Origin: an uncultured virus (IMG/VR IMGVR_UViG_3300046169_000098)
Lineage: Duplodnaviria > Heunggongvirae > Uroviricota > Caudoviricetes
Virus record (IMG/VR): IMGVR_UViG_3300046169_000098
DNA: 64,000 bases
Strand: one strand, 5' to 3'
In this document: positions 58,309 to 64,000 of the stretch, piece after piece
Position numbering within the stretch: position 1 is the stretch's first letter
How the letters are laid out: each line of letters begins with the position of its first letter
Notes under the pieces: model-generated
Seen by the model: the letters and a program-made list of their open reading frames with translations, nothing else
The model's database searches: none
What the model was told of the DNA's origin: nothing
Translations under genes and position numbers: made by a program

Positions 58309-59319
58309 TTAGTCGAACAAGTCATCCTCGTCCCAATTCTCGTCTTCTCCTGCTTTTGCGTAGTCAGTAGGTCTGATAGCAAAAAAGTCGGTGTGCGTAT
58401 GTCCACCTGTTAGGTGATAAAACCAATCTAAGTTACTTGCTTTTTCATCATCTAATTCCATAAAAGGACCATCGGTGTATCCAAGCTCTGCAATCTTTTC
58501 ATTAGCTCTTTTAACAATAAAATGTTTTAGATTTTCTGCTTCCATATTTGCAAGATCACCTTGCTCAAACATTTTATCAATAAACTTGTGTTCCATTTCA
58601 ACCATTAATCTAGCAGCTTCTAAAACTTCTGATTCTACTTGATCCTTTAATTCTGGATACTCTGTACACATGTGTCTGAATAACTGGCATCCCATCTTTG
58701 AGTGCAAAGACTCATCTCTTACTGACCACTTCATTTGTTGGCCAATTCCTTTAAGTAAGTTTCTCATTTGGAAACTATATAAAACCGCAAAAGAACTGTA
58801 GAGTGAAACACCTTCAGCAAATGCTGAGAAAATAGCTAATGATCTAGCGACTTCTTTTCTAGCATCTTCATTAACTGCTAGATCTTCATGTGTGTAATCT
58901 GCAGAAGTTGAAGTTAATAGGTCAAACTTTTCGGCAATTGCAGGTTCGTGTAAAAATGCTGCAAAATCCTCTAAGCCCAATGTTTCATTAAGATATGAAT
59001 ATGCAACTGCATGTATTGTTTCTTGTGATCCAAACATCATAGCCATTTGTCTAATCTCATGTTTAGGAAACCAACTCGTTACCATATTAGTCCAATAGTC
59101 TGAAACTGCACATTCGGTTTGAGCAAAACCCAAAAGAATATTACCTACAAGGTTTTTTTCATGTGGCATAAGATTTTCATTCCAATCTTTTACATCACCT
59201 TGCATTGAGATTTCAGTGTGTAACCAAAAGGCTTGGGCCTGTTTAAGCCAACCTTCGTTATAGTATTCAGGATATTCGAACGGTTTGTATTCTAAGCGTT
59301 CTTTAAAGAGATTTGACAT
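58309..59319 (-). CDS. nrdB: Class I ribonucleotide reductase beta
   Basis: FWLHTEI, ETIHAVAY, EGVSLYSSF, DESLH, DFF. Confidence 0.93.
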   Translation of the reverse strand: MSNLFKERLEYKPFEYPEYYNEGWLKQAQAFWLHTEISMQGDVKDWNENLMPHEKNLVGNILLGFAQTECAVSDYWTNMVTSWFPKHEIRQMAMMFGSQETIHAVAYSYLNETLGLEDFAAFLHEPAIAEKFDLLTSTSADYTHEDLAVNEDARKEVARSLAIFSAFAEGVSLYSSFAVLYSFQMRNLLKGIGQQMKWSVRDESLHSKMGCQLFRHMCTEYPELKDQVESEVLEAARLMVEMEHKFIDKMFEQGDLANMEAENLKHFIVKRANEKIAELGYTDGPFMELDDEKASNLDWFYHLTGGHTHTDFFAIRPTDYAKAGEDENWDEDDLFD

Positions 59320-59470
59320 ATTGCTATTATTTTTTTAAGTTTTTTTACAGAATCCAGTTAAGACTACAATGGGCCTTATGTAAGACCCAGTCTAATCTAT
59401 TTAGATGTAAGAATAATAGCAGCGCTGCTAGGATTTTATATATCATGCTACTATTTCTTTTTTCTAAAAA

Positions 59471-60886
59471 TTAGACCTTAATTTTTTTCTTTAATTTTTT
59501 TTCTAGTTCATGGGCTTTTTCATAATACTCGTAAGAAGTTCTTTTATAGTCCTTTCTTTGACCATATAAATCTGCTAGTATCTTTTTAAGAATACTATCT
59601 TCTTTCTTATATACAACACCGTTTTCGCAGACAATGACATCTTTGTCTTTTCTTCTTTCTGGAATTTCCATTTCATTCACTTGTTCAATAAATGCATCCG
59701 GAGATATATTAAATTGACGCATGATTGATGGATACAGAGATGCAAAGTCAAACGCAGAAACTCCAGAGTAATAGCCTACAATAGGCTGTTTAACAAATGC
59801 TCCTTCGAATTTGCCATCTTTTTTAGCATCTTCTTTATTCCATTCCATTCCAATTTTTTTATTTTGACCTATCAACTTTCTAGCTATAAGTGCTTCAGTT
59901 ACTGCCACTGGAGATGCTGCTTTATAAAGCGGCATTCTTGTGATAGTTGCCAATGTCAATAGTACTTCCATGGATCTAAGTTGTTGATCTATGTAATATA
60001 CCAGGCAAGAATCGACTACGTTATAGTAAATGTACTTTTGAAAATTATCTTCATAAAGTTCTTGTAATCCACCAGTGTATTTGATTTTTGCAACATCTAA
60101 TACTGAGCTCGATACAAAATCTAAAGAATTAGATTCTTTTACTGCAACTGATCTATCATATTTATCATATAATTGCATGTAATCGAGAATACCCATGTGC
60201 AATGGTCTACTATCATTTCGATCTAGTGATCCAGTGATAGCCACATCAGTCAGGTCGATTTGTAATCTCTTACATCTGTTTACTATATACTGCCAGTCAT
60301 AGTTAATGAAGTTCCAACCAGTCATCATTGGGAACTTAGGTAAAAACTTATGTAAGAAACTATAAACCATGTTATACTCGTCGTCAAACTTGTAATAACT
60401 AAATTCCCAGTCTTGATCATAATCTTTGAAGTGTTTATTGGTATCTTCTTCAATTTTCTTGATCTGATCAGAACTCATGTCTTCTAAACCTAAAACAATT
60501 GCTTTGCGCTCGGGTGTAATAATAGAAAACGATAGAATTCTAGTTTTTGCTTCTTCTGCTTTTGGGAATCCATCTACAATTTCAGTTTCAATATCCACAA
60601 AGTATGTACGTGGCATATTAAATTCAAAGATTTCTTCTTGATCTTTTTCAGGCAATGAATCCATGAAATAGAGCAGGCTAAATTTATTAAAACTTCTAGA
60701 GATAGATCTTTTAATAGGTCTATTATCCCAATTCCTAAACTTAACATCTTTCCAACGATCCTTTTCTTCAGTAACTACCCAATTTTCAAATTTATTTACA
60801 GAATATCTTTTAAAGGAAACTTTACCTTCCTTATCGTAGTAACTAATAATAACTTCGTTTTCTTTTTGCTCTATGTCTAGTAACAT
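59471..60886 (-). CDS. Family B DNA polymerase, N-terminal subunit (exonuclease + motif A; gp43A-like)
   Basis: DIET, GWNFINYD, YNVVD, FDFASLYPSIM; ends in the fingers helix. Confidence 0.9.
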   Translation of the reverse strand: MLLDIEQKENEVIISYYDKEGKVSFKRYSVNKFENWVVTEEKDRWKDVKFRNWDNRPIKRSISRSFNKFSLLYFMDSLPEKDQEEIFEFNMPRTYFVDIETEIVDGFPKAEEAKTRILSFSIITPERKAIVLGLEDMSSDQIKKIEEDTNKHFKDYDQDWEFSYYKFDDEYNMVYSFLHKFLPKFPMMTGWNFINYDWQYIVNRCKRLQIDLTDVAITGSLDRNDSRPLHMGILDYMQLYDKYDRSVAVKESNSLDFVSSSVLDVAKIKYTGGLQELYEDNFQKYIYYNVVDSCLVYYIDQQLRSMEVLLTLATITRMPLYKAASPVAVTEALIARKLIGQNKKIGMEWNKEDAKKDGKFEGAFVKQPIVGYYSGVSAFDFASLYPSIMRQFNISPDAFIEQVNEMEIPERRKDKDVIVCENGVVYKKEDSILKKILADLYGQRKDYKRTSYEYYEKAHELEKKLKKKIKV

Positions 60887-60904
60887 ATTATGTGTGTTGT
60901 TTGA

Positions 60905-61369
60905 TTAATATCCTCGCTCTTGTCTATCGTGATTCTCAGCATTCTTTGCCATGTACAAGTTAACTATATCTTTACTTGTCATACCAATAGAAATTGCAAA
61001 GTTCATATAAAAATGAAGACCATCAATCCACTCATAAAATAATTCTAGCTTATCTTCTTCGCTAAGATCTTCGATTTTCATTTCAGGAGTCTTAACATTG
61101 TCCTTCTTCCAGTATTTCCAACCTGCGTTTCCAATACCGTCATTAATTCCACCTAGTGCATCAAACATTTCATTAAGCTCATCGCTCATTGCATGTTTGT
61201 TTACCATCCAGAAATCTGCAATCTCTTTAATGCTCCAACCTTCAAAGTCAAAGCCCAATCTAGATTGCAATTCTTTTTGCTTGTCAAAGAGTAAACCAAA
61301 AGTATCTTTAGTATCTTTGTGATAATCTTGAATATCAAGATCTGCGCATTTGTTGTCTATGTTTGCCAT
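60905..61369 (-). CDS. All-alpha dUTP/dCTP pyrophosphatase (gp56-like)
   Basis: DELNEM, WKYWK, EWIDGLHF, KNAENHDRQERGY. Confidence 0.8.
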   Translation of the reverse strand: MANIDNKCADLDIQDYHKDTKDTFGLLFDKQKELQSRLGFDFEGWSIKEIADFWMVNKHAMSDELNEMFDALGGINDGIGNAGWKYWKKDNVKTPEMKIEDLSEEDKLELFYEWIDGLHFYMNFAISIGMTSKDIVNLYMAKNAENHDRQERGY

Positions 61370-61419
61370 ATTTTTTTGTGTATATTAATTCTATGATCTT
61401 TAGTGAGATAGTTTCAGTA

Positions 61420-62316
61420 TTATTTGTCCATTTCTAAAACTTCTCCCCATTCTCTTTTTGAATTTGTTTTTTCTTTAGTTTCCTCTGATTCTGGGTAAGG
61501 TTGTCCACCTACATTCCAAAACCAAGCTCCTTGATTTCCATGCTTAACCATAAATTCCCAAGCCTTTGCATCGTAGTTCATTGCAGATGGAAACGGAGGT
61601 GCAAATTCTGGATTAACATCTGATGCAAACGCCTTTGGATGTGACCAAACTTTAGCTCTACCTAATTCACCTGTCTGTATATTTCTAGAAACCGCGACTG
61701 CATTAAATTCAGCATCTGGCCATGCAATTTGTAAAGATCTAGATAAAACGCCAGTAGATATTGCTGACCACACTTCTTCTGGATAACCATGTTTTTCTGC
61801 TACATCATATGCAACCTTTACTGCGGCTGCAGTTACTAGTTCATGTTTAAGTCCTAATGGAATAAATGTTGCATTGTTATCTTCTGCCCATTGTTTTGCA
61901 ATTCTATTTAAATTAGGCATTGCTGCAATTCTTCTAAATTTAGGTATTGCTCCTCTCTCAATACATATTGCTTGATGATCTGATATTACTTTGCCCGATG
62001 GCATGAATAATACCAGTTTCTTATTATATTTTTTGGCTAAATATGCAAGAGATATTCCTGCAAAACCAAACCTGGGCTGTACGTATACTAAAGTATCCGT
62101 TGGTGCCTTTTGAACTAGAATATCACCAAATCTACATTTAGATCCAAATCCCATTAAATCATCTCTAACTACATTAAATCCTTCATGATTCACAATAACT
62201 GGATCATCTAGTGGATCTTGCCAATCACCAGCCAAATCTAACCACGCCTGTCTATTTGGCATCATTAGATTTAAATCTTGATTCATTGTGCTTGTTGTGT
62301 GTTTATTATGTGCCAT
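61420..62316 (-). CDS. PLP-dependent fold-type II enzyme (DNA hypermodification-associated)
   Basis: VVRDDL..GSKCR (PLP Lys), GFAGISLA, STGVL, YDAKAW, FWNVG. Confidence 0.75.
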   Translation of the reverse strand: MAHNKHTTSTMNQDLNLMMPNRQAWLDLAGDWQDPLDDPVIVNHEGFNVVRDDLMGFGSKCRFGDILVQKAPTDTLVYVQPRFGFAGISLAYLAKKYNKKLVLFMPSGKVISDHQAICIERGAIPKFRRIAAMPNLNRIAKQWAEDNNATFIPLGLKHELVTAAAVKVAYDVAEKHGYPEEVWSAISTGVLSRSLQIAWPDAEFNAVAVSRNIQTGELGRAKVWSHPKAFASDVNPEFAPPFPSAMNYDAKAWEFMVKHGNQGAWFWNVGGQPYPESEETKEKTNSKREWGEVLEMDK

Positions 62317-62319
62317 ATA

Positions 62320-63427
62320 TTATTCGTTTGGATAGTCTCTGCCCCACAAATATTTAGTTGTGTCTGCATTAACTAATATTTCTTTTTCTGGATGTTTAGC
62401 TAAATTAAAGTTACCATCGAATATCCAAGTATATGGAATTCTCTTTGTAGGTGACTTAATACCATGGCTAATCGCAATGTGTTTATAGAAGAAACATGTT
62501 TTATCTTCTACATTTAAATACTTTTGACTTTCCATTGGATTATTTGGATGATTTACAAGTACATCCATTTGTCTTAGCCATTCTTCAGCGTGTTTGTTTT
62601 CTGCAATAAATTGACCATCTTTGTCAATTGTGTATTTTACTTTTCCATTTAAATTAACTCCTCCAAATATCTGTTGCATACCATCAAAGTGTCCAGTTCC
62701 TCCAAATAAAATAGATTCTGGATCAACCAGATCTGGTCTACTCATTGCAACATATCTTGCTGTGTTTTTACACGGATATAATGGTGACCTAAATCCTTGA
62801 TGTTCTTTAAAATAAGCTTCTAATAGTTTAGCAAATTCCATCATCGTATATGGTCTTTCTAAATCTTCAAGAATATGGACCATATCTTTTGCGGCTTTTT
62901 TAGGTCCATCAATTAACCAATCTTTGACGATGGTGCCCTTTGGATAATAGATTTGAAATAAATCATTTCTTGCATGTCTATTATTAACAAAGTGTGCCCT
63001 TGGTCTTTTCTTCACCTTCATTAATTAGGCGAGTTATTGTACCCCAATGTTCATTTGAAAAAGAGAAAACAATAGTATAATAAAGTAGTTTCTCTAAGTC
63101 TGTTTCTTTTTGCATCATATAGCAATAAGGATGCTCGTGCCAATGTAGTCTATGGGAAAATATCTGATAATCTTCTAACAAAAGTTTATCTTCTCTCTTA
63201 TCAAACTCGTGACAAAATTCAAAGAACTTTGCTAGCCTCATTTCTTCTGACCAATCTTTCATCCAACTTTCTGCTGGCTTTTTCTTTTTAAATGCAACAT
63301 TTGTAGAAGTACCATCATATGTAATATTTCTATACTCTTGTGTAACATCGTCTTCAAACGTAAACAAAACACCCAGATCAGGTGTTTGTTTAGCTACTTT
63401 TTTTATTTCTTTTATAGTGTTACTCAT
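62320..63427 (-). CDS. aG/PT-PPlase-like (HhH-glycosylase fold) DNA modification enzyme (frameshift near 63000)
   Basis: F..F.....D.LL..Y..F, ES..FGGTG..G...F, VEDKTCFFYK resemble family motifs. Confidence 0.55.
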
Positions 63428-64000
63428 ATTTTTGCTACCATTTTTTTGTACTCTTCAACTGATACTCCAGCGCTTTGTAATATTTTATCGTCTGATGGAA
63501 ATGAAGTCATTCCATTAAATGTTTTTACAAGCCCCAAATCTAGCATTGCTTTTTGTCTGCCATATGGATGGTCTTTAATTTCAGAAGAATTCCAAAGAGT
63601 GTCCATATTAATATGCGCATAGTCTGCGCCTGGCCTTAAATAATTTTCAATCCATCTAATAAAATCACAAGCAACATCTTCTGCGTTATACGGTAAAGAC
63701 CCAGTATCTTCGTATATTTTTGTCATAACAGCATCTAAGAATTCTTCACTCTTTTTACCTTTCTTTTCTACAGGATCTGCAAGATAACCGATGCATTCTA
63801 CTGCATTAGTACCATAATAGAACATTGATTCTCTATTCATAAATTCTGGGTACCAGTCACATACATCTGCAATAACTGCAGCATATTGGAATCTATAAGC
63901 TCTTAGGCCGTTGTCTGCATTCCACTTAAACATCCACTCGCCCAATTCTCTTAAATCTTTTTTGCCACCCTGTCTTAAAAAGTTTGCCATGTCTCTGGCC
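63424..64000 (-). CDS. Second aG/PT-PPlase-like paralog (5-prime truncated by window edge)
   Basis: FQYAAVIAD, ESMFYYGTNA, AEDVACDFIRW align with the neighbouring paralog. Confidence 0.55.
   Translation of the reverse strand, partial: ARDMANFLRQGGKKDLRELGEWMFKWNADNGLRAYRFQYAAVIADVCDWYPEFMNRESMFYYGTNAVECIGYLADPVEKKGKKSEEFLDAVMTKIYEDTGSLPYNAEDVACDFIRWIENYLRPGADYAHINMDTLWNSSEIKDHPYGRQKAMLDLGLVKTFNGMTSFPSDDKILQSAGVSVEEYKKMVAKI

Noticed and set aside
53066..60886. Split intein or intron joining the PolB halves
   Set aside because: No intein terminal motifs and no group I/II intron features at the ends; the gap is filled with ordinary genes.
4585..63427. Alternative genetic code or stop-codon reassignment explaining split genes
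   Set aside because: The breaks change reading frame rather than being in-frame stops, and no suppressor tRNA is seen.
993..63622. Numerous plus-strand ORFs in the track
   Set aside because: Antisense shadows of well-supported minus-strand genes with low-complexity Ser/Ile/Phe-rich translations; only 33674-34180 is kept.

Overview
A 64-kb segment of a large T4-like myophage with an AT-rich genome. The host is very probably a marine Bacteroidota/Flavobacteriales species, judged from the MarC, TIGR03643 and outer-membrane beta-barrel genes and from TAnnTTTG-like promoters. Almost all genes are on the minus strand. In window order the segment contains: (1) MarC, a thioesterase and a CCA-adding enzyme; (2) a 9-tRNA cluster interleaved with unannotated structured RNAs; (3) an ECF-type sigma factor; (4) early/accessory genes, including a run of small ORFs joined by a repeated junction motif; (5) a NEIL1-like glycosylase and a DNA ligase; (6) the tail and head morphogenesis module (tape measure, tube, sheath, terminase, MCP, fused protease-scaffold, portal, gp55-like late sigma); (7) the replication/recombination module (gp44/45/46/47/41, UvsX, a two-gene split PolB, NrdAB); and (8) at the right edge a probable DNA-base hypermodification cluster (dNTP pyrophosphatase, PLP enzyme, two aG/PT-PPlase-like paralogs). 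About 16 genes or sites are broken by frameshifts. Those I traced are single-base duplications, most likely read errors. Highlights: the hypermodification cluster, a tRNA-like RNA with a giant anticodon arm and a 3-prime four-way junction, a junction-repeat mini-gene array, and a three-tier sigma cascade readable from promoter motifs. All calls are by eye; no searches or folding software were run.
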